From Saccostrea echinata (Eukaryota): DNA of 64,000 bases. This document shows positions 1-12,389 of this stretch, piece after piece (positions within the stretch are counted from its first letter, which is position 1; each line of letters opens with the position of its first letter). The notes below the pieces were generated by a model. The model made no database searches and was not told where the DNA came from. It worked only from the letters and a program-made list of their open reading frames with translations. The stretch is taken from assembly GCF_033153115.1 (NCBI RefSeq), contig NW_026889754.1, positions 12,586,001 to 12,650,000 on the forward strand, in the 5' to 3' direction. A program made the position numbers and the translations under genes.

Positions 1-128
1 ATCTATTGAAATTTGCATCTTAAATAAAACAAATATCAAGTCATCTGTTGAAATTTGCATCTTAAATAAAACAAATATGAAAAACTTAGTACTTTCTTGT
101 ATGTACAAACAATTTTTTTTATTTATAG

Positions 129-3100
129 CCACCTCCATCTCATATCTGCTGCATCTGTGGTGACGGTTGTTGCAATCTCTCGGACCTGCAATTTCACGAA
201 TTGTTGCATTCCTGCATGGAATCTCTACAAGAACCCCCCAAACCCCTCCTGGAAATTTATTCCCCCAGAAACCGTGACTCCCCATCCACTGACATATCTC
301 TTGAAGAATTCAGAGGTAACTTCGACGAGATATATCCAGTAGTTGGAAACCGCAATGAATTAATCATAAATCAAATGGGTCAAGGAAGTCCTGATCCAAA
401 AACGGAAATAAGACCCTCAAAAAACCCGAATCTTTCCTCAACAACTGAGAGATCATCTGAATCTTTTGATGTACACATCAGACCATCTCACAATGACGAG
501 GAGTTATTATACACTATCAAGAAGGTTGGGGGAAAGAGATTCAAGAAAAATGGGGCCATCGATCGAAAATATCAAGTGACTTTCAAAGAGGAGTCCTTTA
601 AGGGACAGAGACTTGCAGATCTCTATCGGCCATTAGAAGACATGTTTAAAGAATCAATAAATGAAGCTAGATCCGGACTTCAGGATTCCGACTTGGGGTC
701 GAGTGATTGTGCACCACGACAAATTGTCTAATGCCATCTATATTCCCTTGAAACCTCTTGCTCAGCTGACTGCCAGCGATGTGATGGACCACATACAAAA
801 TGTTCTTACCAGTCACGAGGATCTACCCTTTGATCACAGCTTCTATATTGATATCGGAACCATCGAGATTCCCAAGGGCGGCAAATGACGGTCTGTGGTT
901 AAACTAACGGGAAAGGGCAACGACCGCGAAAGGAAAAAATCACTCATTCAAATCGTGAATGACGATAATATGTGCCTAGCCCGAAGCATAGTCATGGGTT
1001 TCCTGAAAATTGTCAAAGTGACCACGACCGAATGGCATGAAGCAATCAAGGGACGGGAAGGCATGCCCATTGAAGAACAGGTGCTCGAAGTCAAAGTCTG
1101 TCCTACCTGGTATTATAAAAAACTTTTGTGTCACGACAAAAAATCTCAAGACTGTCAGACCGATATGGCTCGAGCCCTCTGTCGCAGAGCAAACATGTCA
1201 ACTGACGTGTATCTCACGACACGAGACATTCCCCCTTTCGAGGAAGTGTTGAACGTAGACATTCTCGTAGTCAGTTCCACGGTGGGCAATCGCTTCATCC
1301 GCCCCGTCCCCGCAAATGAAGAAAATGAGATGAATGAGGGTCCCAGAGAATCCACTAGCCGAAAAAGGATTTATTTATATCATTCCGAAACGGACACGAA
1401 TGATCTTCACTTTGATGCTATATCTAATATCTGTGGTTTCTTTGGGAACACTAAATTCTGTCAACGTTGTCTCAAACCGTACCACACACGTCACCAGTGT
1501 TTGACGACTTGCTTCGTTTGCAAGCGAGATAATTGTGTTCGGAAAGAAGAGGAAGAAATGAGTTGTCTCATTTGCTTCATGACCTGTCGTTCGTTCGATT
1601 GTTTTCAACAGCATCAGCAGAAGAAAAAAAGGGCCAAAGAATCTTCTTGTCAACGTTGGTGGAAATGTGTCGTTTGCAAGAAAGTAATGCAGAGGAGCGA
1701 CAGAAAACCAGAAGACCATTTCTGTGGAGAATGGCGGTGTAACAACTGTAAGAAGTTTGTCGCCAATGACCATCTCTGCTACATGAGAGCTAGAGAAAAC
1801 AAGGAATCCAATTCGAAATACATTTTCTTCGATTTCGAGTGCACGCAAGAAGACGTTCTTCAGTGTCAAGAAGGGTATCGCCCCCTGAGAAATCCCGACT
1901 GATCGTCGTGCAAAGACATGCCAGTTTCCTGTGGAAGCTGTGACCTCTGCACCAACTGCGAGAAATCTTGGTGTGGGAGATTGCAACACAAACCCAATCT
2001 GGTCGTGGCACATAAAACCTGTCTGGACTGCATCAACGATGTCGACATTAGTATGCATCCCAAATGCGAGACTTGTGGTATGCGTTGTAAGATGTGTGGG
2101 GCGAGAGACAAGAAAGAAAAGTGCTACAACCGTCCCCCTTGTGTCGATACGTGTGGATTTCGAGAGACCGTGTTTCGTGGAGACGACACCGCCCGAATGT
2201 TTTGCGACTGGCTCTTTCGAGAGCACCACAAAGGCTATACTGTTCTAGCACACAACATGAAAGGTTACGGTGGTTACTTTGTCTTAGAATATTTGATCGA
2301 GAATTCTGTGATACCCAAGGTCATATATGCAGGCTCCAAGATCATGTACATGCACGTAGAGAGAGGATTAAACATTCGAATGTTGGAATCGCTCAATTTT
2401 CTTCCCATGAGATTAGCCAATCTTCCAACTGCCTTTGGCTTGACAGAAGTGAAGAAGGGTTTCTTTCCTCATTACTTTAACACGAGAGCTAATCAACGCT
2501 ATGTGGGGCCCTATCCAGCCGCTCAGTTTTACGGATGCGACACCATGAATGCGAGCGATAGAGACTCCTTTATGGATTGGTATCGAGAAAAAGTCGAAAC
2601 TCGAGAAATTTTCGATTTCTCTAAAGAATTACTCGAATACTGCAAGAGCGATGTCGATATATTGAGAAAAGCATGTCTGAAGTTCAGAGAAATCCTCATG
2701 ACTATTACGGGAAAAGAAGAAGTCGTCTTAGGTGAGGAAGGCCTGGAAAGAGTAGTTTGGGGAGGGGTCGACCCTTTTAATCACATCACCATAGGTAGCG
2801 TGTGTATGCAAGTCTTTCGAAGTAAGTTTCTCAAGGAAAGCTGGAAGGTGAAATTGAGGTCTAATGGTAATTTGACGGAATGGTTACCGGCCTTGCGGAT
2901 GGACGGAGAATTCTCCATCAATTTGGATGGACAATGGATCTCGGCCAGAGACATGCAGGACCACACCATCGAGTCAACCAAATTCGTCAGTTCGCCCATT
3001 GCGCAAGTCCCTTCTCAGGGATACGGTCCCTATGTAGGTCAGTACAGCATGGCGTCCATCAGATGGCTTTTATGGGTGCAAGAAGAGCACTTCCGACTTA

Positions 3101-4821
3101 CGGGGAAACAGATGTACATCAGACATGCCTTAAACGAGGGAGAATTCAACTTGGCCGGAACGAAATACCTACTGGACGGCTATTGCGCCGAAACAAACAC
3201 GGCCTATGAATTTCACGGTTGTTTCTGGCACGGATGCCCCCTTTGTTACCCCCAACAGTGACGAAAAAACAAACACGTCAGAACCGACCAATCCATGGAT
3301 GAACTTTTGGCCTTGACATTTAAAAAGAAAAAAATACATAGAATCGCTGGGCATGAATTATGTAGAAATTTGGGAACACGATTTTTATAAGCTACTGGCC
3401 AGAAATGACTCCGCACGTCGCTTCATCGAATCTCTAGATATACAAGAAAGTCTGAATCCTCGAGAATCCTTTTTCGGTGGCAGAACAAACGCCGTCAAAC
3501 TGCATTACAAAGTGAAAGATGGAGAGAAAATACATTACCTGGATTTCTGTTCTCTGTACCCTTCTGTCAATAAATATGCCAGGTACCCCATCAAGGAACC
3601 AACCATCATCACCAACAATTTCAAGGACATTCGTTCTTATTTCGGCAAGGTCAAAGTGAAAGTGTTACCCCCCAGGAAACTTTACCATCCCGTTTTGCCT
3701 CAGAAGATTAATGGAAAGCTTACCTTTGCCCTGTGCCGAACTTGTGCTGAAGTTCAAAGGCAGACCACTTGTGCATGCAGAGACGAAGACAGGTCCTTTG
3801 TAGGAGTATTTTGTACGCCGGAGATCGAGAAAGCATTAGAATTCGGTTATCTCGTGCAAAAGATCTATGAGGTCTACCATTGGGAAGAGTCTACACAGTT
3901 TGACTTATCGACGGGAGAAGGGGGCATTTTTGGAGAATATATCAACCTTTTTCTAAAGATCAAGCAGGAAGCTAGCGGATGGCCTTCTTGGGTTAAGGAC
4001 GAGGAAGATGCCATGCACTATCTCAGGCAGTATCTAGAGAGAGAGGGCATAAAACTCGACAGACAGAACATTACAAAAAATCCGGCACTACGTGCCATTG
4101 CCAAACTACTCTTGAACTCTTTTTGGGGTAAATTCGGACAACGTCTTAACATGCCTCAGAGCACGTTTTTTCACGAAAACGAGGCTGACAAATTCTTCTA
4201 GTTCGTGTCCGACCCGGGTAAGGAGCTCAGAGATTTTCACATCGTGTCCAAAACGTGTTACAGTTGTCTTGGGAACACAAAGACGTGAACACGAGAGAGG
4301 ACTATCAAACCAACATCTTTGTGGCCAGTTTCACCACCTGTTGGGCTCGCCTGAAATTGTACGAAGTCCTGCAAATGCTGGACCAGCGTGTCCTGTATTT
4401 TGATACGGATTCCGTCATATTTGTCAGTAGACCCGGGGATGCCGAACCCCAAGTCGGGTCTTTTCTGGGTCAATTGACGAGCGAGCTGAAAACGGGAGAG
4501 TATATCAACGAATTCGTCTCTGGAGGTCCCAAGAATTATGCGTATAGAACGTCCAGTGGAACAGAAGTGTGTAAAATCCGAGGCTTCTCGCTCAACCACG
4601 CCAATGCCCGTGTACTGAACTTTAGATCGATGATAGAGATGGTTGTGCGACCTAGAGACATGTCGAATGACACCCTTAGTGTCGTGAATCGGAACAAAAT
4701 TAACAGATTAAAACGAAAGAGGATCATTTATAGTAGACCAGAACGCAAGGACTATAAAATCGTGTACAGTAAACGAGTGATTCAGGGGGACACTCTCGAC
4801 ACTCTACCGTACGGATATTGA
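129..4821 (+). pseudogene. Protein-primed family-B DNA polymerase (pPolB) of Polinton A, disrupted
   Basis: ORF pieces 201-731, 661-888, 895-1902, 1918-3261, 3353-4201 and 4255-4821 are colinear with 42612-47177. Motifs FFDFE, HNMKGY, YCKSDV, DFCSLYP, KLLLNSFWGKFGQ, YFDTDS, GPKNY, C-terminal TLPYGY. In-frame stops at 886, 1900, 3259, 4199 plus frameshifts near 700 and 3310. Confidence 0.95.
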
Positions 4822-4904
4822 CTTCATACAAATGAACACATAAAACTTGTTAAGCAAGTGCATGATTTATTACGAAATGGCATGTGTTGTACAGTTTTTC
4901 CACA

Positions 4905-5447
4905 TTAAAATTTGATCCAATTTAATGTTTTCTCTTGTTTCTGGATGGGTCGTAGTCCGGGTGGAGGACCGACCGGTCCTCGGACGAGGAATCCCTCTCC
5001 GTGTTGGTGTGTCTCCTGTGATGGGAACCTATCGATCCACAGGGAGGCTGGCGTGTGAATTGTTTTAAGAGCTTCCCTAAATTGTAGATATCCTTTCGGA
5101 ACCTGTTTGGGATTTCTCATCAGCACATATTTCAGTAAATCGTTCACGTGGGACCCCCTCACCACACTACCCTCGTAAACGAGCTATTTCGATTCGTTCC
5201 ATTTCAGCAAATCACCGCCTTGTTCCTCAATGTAATGCAGAAGTTTTTTTTTAGCCTTTCTTTGTAATATCTTTGGAAGGGTGCGTAAGATGACTTCGAC
5301 AGATTCTTTTGCATCCTCCTTCTTCTCTGCAGGGTCGTATTCTTGGTCCTCGGAGTCACGACTCGTCTGATCTTTCTGAGACACGTTTTTTAATATCCTC
5401 TGGTGTTTTGCGCGAGGTACTAGAATCAGTTCTCGTGCCATTTTCAA
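4905..5447 (-). pseudogene. Small Polinton protein (QHGEG...PPPG...WIKF C-terminus), split into two ORFs
   Basis: 5184-5447 plus 4905-5165 match the position and the C-terminal WIKF of 42190-42465 in element B. Confidence 0.6.
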
Positions 5448-5760
5448 TGACTTGCAAGGCCGGTTTAATGAGGTACGGAAGTATGTTCACCTTTTTAGAG
5501 AGAATCTTTATCTTGTCGGACTTGCTTTCTCGTCGTGAAGCCAAAACTCGAATGGCCGCTTTGTGCCTTTTCAGTCTTTTTATCGTCTCCTTTTTCAGAG
5601 GAAAAGTTCCTTTGAAGACGTTCAGAATCACTTCAGAAAGGCCCGTCAATTGATCTTTAGATATGGTCTGAATGAGTGCCCGACTCTGTCGGGGACTCGT
5701 GCTCTGCAGGAGAGACAAGAAATGAAGCTGACCTCTCACTCTTCGACTCATGGTTGTCAT
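5356..5760 (-). CDS. Conserved basic Polinton protein downstream of the ATPase
   Basis: Aligns with 41892-42251 (FLSLL/FLKFL, SEVILNV/REIALNL, LPYLIKP/IPLILKP); syntenic. Start codon uncertain. Confidence 0.7.
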   Translation of the reverse strand: MTTMSRRVRGQLHFLSLLQSTSPRQSRALIQTISKDQLTGLSEVILNVFKGTFPLKKETIKRLKRHKAAIRVLASRRESKSDKIKILSKKVNILPYLIKPALQVIENGTRTDSSTSRKTPEDIKKRVSERSDES

Positions 5761-5790
5761 AATGAATACTTCAGATGAGTGCAAGCCTTT

Positions 5791-6459
5791 TTATTGGGGG
5801 GCGTACACGGTGACGTCTTCATTGGGGAAGATATGCGTGCGCATCCTGTACTCGTCATGCGAACAGGGGGTCAAATCTACTTACAGGTAACCATATCGCA
5901 CAGATGTGGCTTTTTCATAAGCATCCTTGAAATAAGTTAATCGAGACGGAAAGGCCTGGGATCCAAAAGTGTAGATTTGTCTCGAATCTCGCACCTGTCT
6001 AAACAAGACGACGTAATGACAATTGAGAGATATTGTTCTAGAGTATTTGCCCGGCATGAAGAGATTCTGTGCAAGAAAGAAAACAGACACTTGTCTGTGG
6101 TGAGCTGTCACACAGAAGAGAGTCACGGAATCTTCGTTTCTCGTGACTCGAGTCATCATGTCGTCCAAAATCAAAAGGGTGTGTTTACAATCGGTGCTCC
6201 ATTCTTCTATCTGTTCCTTGGTGGGCAGACCCTGATATAACACAAAATTGTCTATTTTCCTCTCCATCTCATCGAATAACGTTTGATATTCCGTGTAGGC
6301 ATACACATTTTTTTCGGGTGGCGACTCGAACATGCCACCAGCCTGACGTATGACGTCGTACACGGATCTGGTTTTTCCACACATGGTTGGTCCTACCACC
6401 ATACACGTCGTGGGACTCGTGAATTTCAACAAAGACTCTCTTTTCCACCAACCCTCCAT
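5791..6459 (-). pseudogene. A32-like genome-packaging ATPase with a premature stop
   Basis: Walker A GPTMCGKT and Walker B LLILDD. TAA at 5881-5883, after which the frame continues VDLTP...VYAPQ* to 5791, matching the end of the element B ATPase. Confidence 0.9.
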
Positions 6460-6605
6460 GTCAGGGTATCAAATCTCCAAATGATATTTTCTGATTGAAC
6501 ACTCTCATTTATACAGAAATGACACCAATTCCTTTATTGTCAATAACGTGCACAGAGAAAACAAATCAACAAGTTTAACTTAAGCAAATATACAACTAAG
6601 TATGA

Positions 6606-7067
6606 TTAAAGGCAGTGATAATAGTCTCTCACGACTCTGTTTACAAATTGATCAGGTCGACCCGAGTCGACCAGAATGTTTATGATGTCTTTCATGGTAA
6701 AGTTTCTGCATTTCATCATCAAGAAAAACAACACGTGATATCCGCAGGTACTGGCACTCTTGTTTTGTACAGCTCTTTCGTTGTACGTGTAAGACAAGGA
6801 TTTTTCAAATAAGAAACGTTGGATATTCTCGCCGTATTTATCCGGAGGACATCCAAAACTGTCGAAAAATTCTGCCTTTCCGATTCTGTCGAACCACATC
6901 GCCACCCAGTGTTTTCCCGGCATATTGGATTCGTCCGTATTACAGACAATTGCAGCAGGATAGAAGCCGATATAAACAGGAAGCGTATCCGAAGCAAAAA
7001 CACCGCTTGTAATCTTTGATAGGCACTGGTCTTCTCTTAAGACACACTGCAGTTGTTTGGTGTTCAT
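6606..7067 (-). CDS. Adenain-like (C5) capsid-maturation cysteine protease
   Basis: NTD..GKHWVA, FFDSFG, Q...STCG catalytic motifs. Confidence 0.92.
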   Translation of the reverse strand: MNTKQLQCVLREDQCLSKITSGVFASDTLPVYIGFYPAAIVCNTDESNMPGKHWVAMWFDRIGKAEFFDSFGCPPDKYGENIQRFLFEKSLSYTYNERAVQNKSASTCGYHVLFFLMMKCRNFTMKDIINILVDSGRPDQFVNRVVRDYYHCL

Positions 7068-8393
7068 GCTCTCGTGTATCTGATGTCCCGGGACTGATCT
7101 ATCTCTAAGAGTGCGGGAAATTCTGCATATGCCAGACAGTTCAGGGTTTCGGTCGTAACGCTTGCAAACTTGACTTCCAATCTGACGTTTCCCTGACGAA
7201 TCAGGTTTAAATAGCTTTCTCCCAAGTCACTCGGTGCCAGATTGAAAGCAAATATCGCGTATCCGCTGGCGAAAGAGGAACGAGTGATCTTGAGTCCGGC
7301 GTCTTTGTTCCACTTGTCCGAAGCCTCGAAGAGATTGACGTAGGCGGAAACGTAGTTTTTGTTGACTCCCACGTCCATTCTCATGGATCGAGCTGACAGA
7401 CTTTCTCCATTGACGTACAAGGCCATTTCCTCGGCCAAGTTTTGAAAATTTAAATGGATTTTTCTGGTAATCTCCGTTGACGGCCGTCTGTGACACAAAG
7501 CAAAAGACGGCTTTCATGGGAAGGGTATTAGACCAGATGTTCTGCCAGATGAAAGATCCCGAGTCCTTTGGACAGGTGTTCATCTTCACTTCAGTTCTAG
7601 TCAGAGGATATTTGGCAGTTGTTTCTTTTAGAATCTCGGCGTGATTGATTAAGACCCCGCTATCTACCTTCACCATACATGCCTTAAACGATACGTCCAG
7701 CAGTTGCAGTTTGTAAGCCGGGGTACTCTCTTCGCTCATCAGAACAAATGAGGATGAAGTACGGAACAGTTTCAGATGAAGATCTATGCCATTCAGAAGA
7801 TACTTGTCTAGACGAAAAATGTCCTCGTACAGGGGTCCTTCCAGATCGAAGATGTGACTCTGCTGTGTGTACACGTATCGATTGGCCAGTCCGCCGTTGG
7901 ACCCTGCGTAAGGGTTCGGGTCGTCCATCTCGGAATCGTCCAGATAAAATAATTGCGACTGTAACTGGGAGCCCGTCACGTCCCCGCCGTCCGAGAGAAT
8001 GAGTTTGAGATAAGCCTTCCAAGGATGATAACTCGTGTTGAGCGATACGAGTTTCCCGTTCATGTACACGTCGATCTGAGACCACATGGACTGTAGGGGG
8101 ACATTGATGATGCCGGTCTTTTCCTGAGCAGCCAGTGGCGTGCCGTCGACTTTGAGGATCTTGCACTTGACATAGAGGCGACTGCGTCTCAAATCTATGT
8201 ACTCGTTGCCCTGATTGGGAACGGTTATTTCGATGGGGGCATCGGTGGTGTCGAAGGAGGTCACGGGACGACATTCCGAAAAGTAAATTTTTTCGACAGC
8301 TACTTGATTGGGCGGCACAGTAAAGAGAGACAATTCCAGTGGTAGTCCGATGTCCCTGATCTTGTCGTTGAGGAAAGCCATCTTACTTTTCAA
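7064..8393 (-). pseudogene. Double jelly-roll major capsid protein, frameshifted near 7445
   Basis: 7227-8393 plus 7064-7498 together align end to end with 39053-40366 (ELSLF..PPNQVAV, YIDLRRSRLY, DKYLLNGIDL, NPF, GYAIFAFNL). Confidence 0.9.
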
Positions 8394-8823
8394 ATACGTT
8401 TGATCCCTCCAAGCGTGTGTCTAATTTTCTTTTCTTGGCTTTCTTTTGTGTATTTTTCTTTGACGTACCTCTTCTGATGCGCTTCTTGCTACTGACGGCT
8501 TTCTGAAATCGACCGGCTTTTATAGTACCCACTGGTACGTGAGGGACGTCCTCTTTCTTGGCCGTCTTTAATTCCGTCTTGGCTCTTTCTTCTGCGGCAG
8601 CCACGGGGGTGACTTGCTTCCCGATAATCTTTTCCCCTCCCGTTTTGGTAGTCACGTGAGGGTTGACGGGTATCATGTAAGGTTTCTTGGAATACATTCC
8701 CGCGATACCTCCAACCACTTGCCTACCTCGATAACCTCCAGGATTAAATTGTCCACCTAACATGTTCTTGTAAAAGGATTTCCACACTCGAGGATCAGAT
8801 ACGTAGGTCGAACCCATCGTCAC
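8383..8823 (-). CDS. Lys/Arg-rich putative core (DNA-packaging) protein
   Basis: QVVGG and QVTPVAAAEERA shared with 38580-39050; highly basic C-terminus; lies between the minor and major capsid genes. Confidence 0.7.
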   Translation of the reverse strand: MTMGSTYVSDPRVWKSFYKNMLGGQFNPGGYRGRQVVGGIAGMYSKKPYMIPVNPHVTTKTGGEKIIGKQVTPVAAAEERAKTELKTAKKEDVPHVPVGTIKAGRFQKAVSSKKRIRRGTSKKNTQKKAKKRKLDTRLEGSNVFEK

Positions 8824-9231
8824 AACGACAAGAGATGCCTTTTCAATAGAAGCGTCACTGTCACTTCCCCTTTGAGAAATGAGGCCGGATTGTCGTGGGA
8901 ATCCCTTATATACACGTTCACAGACTGTACTTCACCCAGTCTTAAAGGCACGTCGTATGGGAGCTGATAAATGATGTTCTTTTCTCTGCCCTTGAACACG
9001 CGCCTCAGCAATGGCTTCTCACGGTCACCGACGATGGTGTTCTCAAGCATTGCAGTACACGTACAATTCTTTCGCCTGATTATTGGGAGTAGAACTGAAT
9101 TCTAGGAGAGATATAGTCCAGATGCCCTCGAAAGACAGAGGTTTCGGCAAGCGTACCCAAAAATTCCAAGGCACATTCGACGGATATACGTCGGCACTAT
9201 CAGAAGAACGCAATACCATCCTATGACCCAT
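8820..9231 (-). pseudogene. Minor capsid (penton-like) protein, frameshifted
   Basis: 9043-9231 plus 8820-9050 align with 38166-38573 (LxSxDS..N..F.VRLPxPL...G.W, YVYC, IVG...KPLLRR). Confidence 0.8.
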
Positions 9232-9266
9232 CTTGATCTGAAGCTCGAGTTGACTGTCACGCCTTT

Positions 9267-10419
9267 TTATACCTTTATAAGTTCAGATTTCTTGATCCAA
9301 GAATTAAACTTTGCGGGCCATTGGTACCACGATACCAGTATTTCTTCCACGCCTCTCCTCTTGCGAGTCTTCAGAATCTTGTGCACCTTCCACGTCTCCT
9401 CGTCGGTTTTGTTTACTTTTTGCAGTTCCTGTTCATAGAATGTTCCACTGATGGGGTCATCGGCAAAGTCTTTAAGTTTATAGACGGGTATACCTTGACT
9501 ACGGTAACGTTTCATGATCACAAAAATTTCCCCCGTCCACTTTTGCGCGTATTCTCTCTGAAAAATGTGTCGTAAATGTGTGATGCGCACTCTGTCGTTG
9601 ATTTTGTATTTGTAAACTTTCTTTTTTTTCTTGCTAGATTTTGAGATCGACTTCATTTTGTCTAGCCGCTTTCTAGCCAAATAAGAGGCATACCGGGTCT
9701 CTTCTATGTTGTTTTCCTTGACCTCAGAAGGTGCCATACCGCCTAGAGGTCGGGACGGAGTATCGTTAATGCTTTTGGTTAGGGCGGGCAATTCCTTTAG
9801 AAACCTATACGATTGATTTGCAGTGAACATTCTCTGTAGACGATTCTCTAAATTCTGAATGCTTCTTTCGGCTAGAGAACTCTTGGTCTCATTCTCTGAG
9901 TATATGGGATGAACGTTTTCCTGTTTCAGAAAAGTCTTCACCCATCTGTTTTTAAATTCGCTTCCTTTGTCCGTTCTCAGCACCTTAGGTTTTCTACCAT
10001 TAGAAAAAATGTCTTTCAGAGCCTCTATGATGTCGTTAGCTTTTTTTCTGCCTTAAAGAAGCCGTAAATAGAAACCTCGAAAACACGTTTTGCAAAACCA
10101 AGATGTACTGAACCCCATCGTTATACTTTGATATGTTTCTGACGTCTTACAAGTCTCCGTCCCAGAGTGTGTCTATAGATTCGACGACAATGTGTCGGCG
10201 TTTAAAGTTACGCTGTACTCTTTTCTGTAAAGAATAAGCGTCCGTGTTGGACAAAAATTGCTTGATGGCACGAAGACCAATTTTATATTTGCCTTCGCTT
10301 TTAACAACCTGGTACAATTGATTAGGACCCCCGAAAGCCGCAGGATGCCCGACATTTGTCCATATTTTCTCCAGATAATGCTGTTTATCCTTTGACAGCA
10401 TCTTGCTCAATGAAGACAC
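9267..10419 (-). pseudogene. Retroviral-like (rve) integrase with C-terminal chromodomain, disrupted
   Basis: WDGDL, RTDKGSEF, SLAERSI and chromodomain-like KILKTRKRRG..EILVSW. Stop at 10147 and indels near 10050. Confidence 0.92.
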
Positions 10420-10548
10420 GACTAAACATGTCTGCTTTTTTAAAGGTTTTATTCAGATACATTCATAAATCTTTGCAAAATGACGATAACATAGATTCAC
10501 ATGACCAAAATATATACAGGTTTTTTTTTAGTTTCAGTCATCGCATAG

Positions 10549-11208
10549 TCAAACATAATTCATCCACTCGTTAGGGTTGCACCTTTTGCAAGTGTAAAAG
10601 CCCATCTGATTTTGATGATCTGGTGACATTTCACAGTACTCTACTTCTGACAGTTCTTTCTCAAAAGTCCGTTGAACGGTCGGTATTGCCTTTTTTAACT
10701 CCTGCCACTGGTTTAGGTTTAAAGCACACCCCTTTCTGGTGGCCCTTAACTCCGTTTCGCCTTCTGGCAGAAAAAAATGCCTCAGGTTAACACAAGGGTA
10801 TTTTGAATTCAGACAAAGATACACATTCTCTCCCAAGTGTTTTTTGTAGGACACTTCTTGTCCAGTCTTCATTTTTTCAATCCCTGCGTTGACGTCCTCT
10901 AAACATAATTCCACGATTTTCTTCCACTTTTCCAGATCTAAGGCGATGCCTTTCTTTGTTGGAAAAGGTCTGCCATCATTGACACACTGGTAAAATCGAA
11001 TGTGTATCAATAAAGATCCGTTGAATTCTTGTGCCACCAGGTACATGGATCCTCCAAGATGGATCTTTAAGATCGGCTCTGTTTTCGATGTCTGAACCCT
11101 TTCTTCGTCACACATTCTTTTTGAGGGCTGCTGACTAGCATTTTCATCCTCGTCAAGAACCCTCTTGACGCGCCTGAAAGGCATCAACTTGAACGAAGTT
11201 GTCTCCAT
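10549..11208 (-). CDS. Tandem PC4-like ssDNA-binding protein with C-terminal Cys/His motif
   Basis: Two PC4-type motifs (IHIRFY...PTKKGIAL...W; VNLRHF...ATRKGCAL...W); homolog of 35115-35624. Confidence 0.8.
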   Translation of the reverse strand: METTSFKLMPFRRVKRVLDEDENASQQPSKRMCDEERVQTSKTEPILKIHLGGSMYLVAQEFNGSLLIHIRFYQCVNDGRPFPTKKGIALDLEKWKKIVELCLEDVNAGIEKMKTGQEVSYKKHLGENVYLCLNSKYPCVNLRHFFLPEGETELRATRKGCALNLNQWQELKKAIPTVQRTFEKELSEVEYCEMSPDHQNQMGFYTCKRCNPNEWMNYV

Positions 11209-11404
11209 GATCGCTTGTCAAGAAATGAGCACTCGGAGTTGCTGTCGATTTTTTTATAAGAGGCTTTTGACGTCATCTTTGATTCATGATGATGTCATAA
11301 AATCCATAATCATGCGAATCTGGTTTTCATTTTGAAATCTAGCGTGGCAGTGATATCATTATAAACGTCATCGGGAAGTCAAGAAATCCTTAAAGTCAAT
11401 TGGA

Positions 11405-12089
11405 TTAGAGACCATGATCAACAATCGACACATCCTTTTGATACACCTTAGCAAAACGTTTTATTAACTCCAGATATGTTGGCCAATGACCTCCGGCTAA
11501 TCCACATCCAATTTTGTAAGGAAATGCTAGAATGCAGTAATCCCTTTTCCCAAGCTCTGTCAGACAGTTTTTAAACCATGTTTTTCGATTCTCTTTTGTA
11601 TCTATGTGCGGTGGTATTACTCGCTTGGGAGCTCGACCGAAATCCCATTGGGCTAGTAAACAGGCCACATGGGGTCCGTCTCCTGGGGATTTAAGAATCT
11701 TTATGGACCCTGGAACACCGCGATCCTCTTTTACAGCTAGGTCCTCGTGTCACAGATCTTCTCGTTCTGTAGATGTCGGCCCATGGGAACTTTCGGGCAA
11801 TATCCCGACTGAGACCGTGTGATTTGACGGCCAGACAGTTATACTGTTGTACAATGACGTCAACATTTCTCATTTCCAGTAGGTCTCCTTTCACAAAAGT
11901 CACTTTGGGGGGATTTCGGATTTTGATTAAACGACTCTCCAGAACGGGATTAATGATCAGAGCCATTTGATCGACTCTTCTCTTAAAACGGTATCTGTCT
12001 AAGGCCATCCTCATCCATTCTCCCTTTCGGTTCTCAAAAGGAATGTCGATAACTGCCACATTGTTTGAAAATCTCACTGATTTCTTCAT
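11405..12089 (-). pseudogene. PPP1R15/GADD34 (ICP34.5/DP71L-like) module fused to a macrodomain, one frameshift near 11745
   Basis: N-terminal KKSVRF (RVxF) and RKGEWMRMALDRYRFKRRV, then KGDLL..DVIVQQYNC..GLSRDIARKFP and, after the shift, AFPYKIGCGLAGGHW. Confidence 0.82.
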
Positions 12090-12093
12090 TTCT

Positions 12094-12294
12094 TTATAAA
12101 CAAATTTCTTTCCTTCTAATTATGTACTCTTTCGATCCACAGGAATCAGGTAAACTGTAACCTTCCTTTAATATCTTTACGTTATAGTCTCTCTTACATT
12201 CGGTCTTGCTATCGAACCAAGGACTCTCAAGTAAAATGGCTTCCTCCCCACTTGGAAAAGTGATGACGACCATCCACTTATATTGCAAAGCCAT
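12094..12294 (-). CDS. Small unknown protein, paralog of 12903-13109
   Basis: Shared QYKWM, FPS, ESxWFD, C, GY and EYI residues; TATA-like motif upstream. Confidence 0.65.
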   Translation of the reverse strand: MALQYKWMVVITFPSGEEAILLESPWFDSKTECKRDYNVKILKEGYSLPDSCGSKEYIIRRKEICL

Positions 12295-12389
12295 TATTGT
12301 TCATCGGCGTGCCGAACACTAGTTATTCATACACAATATTTCGGAAAAACCACCAGGCTATTTATAAATAAGGTATGACTCAGCACATC

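Noticed and set aside
1375-2229. 284-aa minus-strand ORF and similar shadow ORFs over pPolB and MCP
   Set aside because: Antisense or off-frame to well-supported genes and not conserved between A and B.
886-4201. Recoded TGA/TAG codons (selenocysteine or readthrough) in pPolB A
   Set aside because: Frameshifts occur in the same gene and in neighbouring genes, so decay is the simpler explanation.
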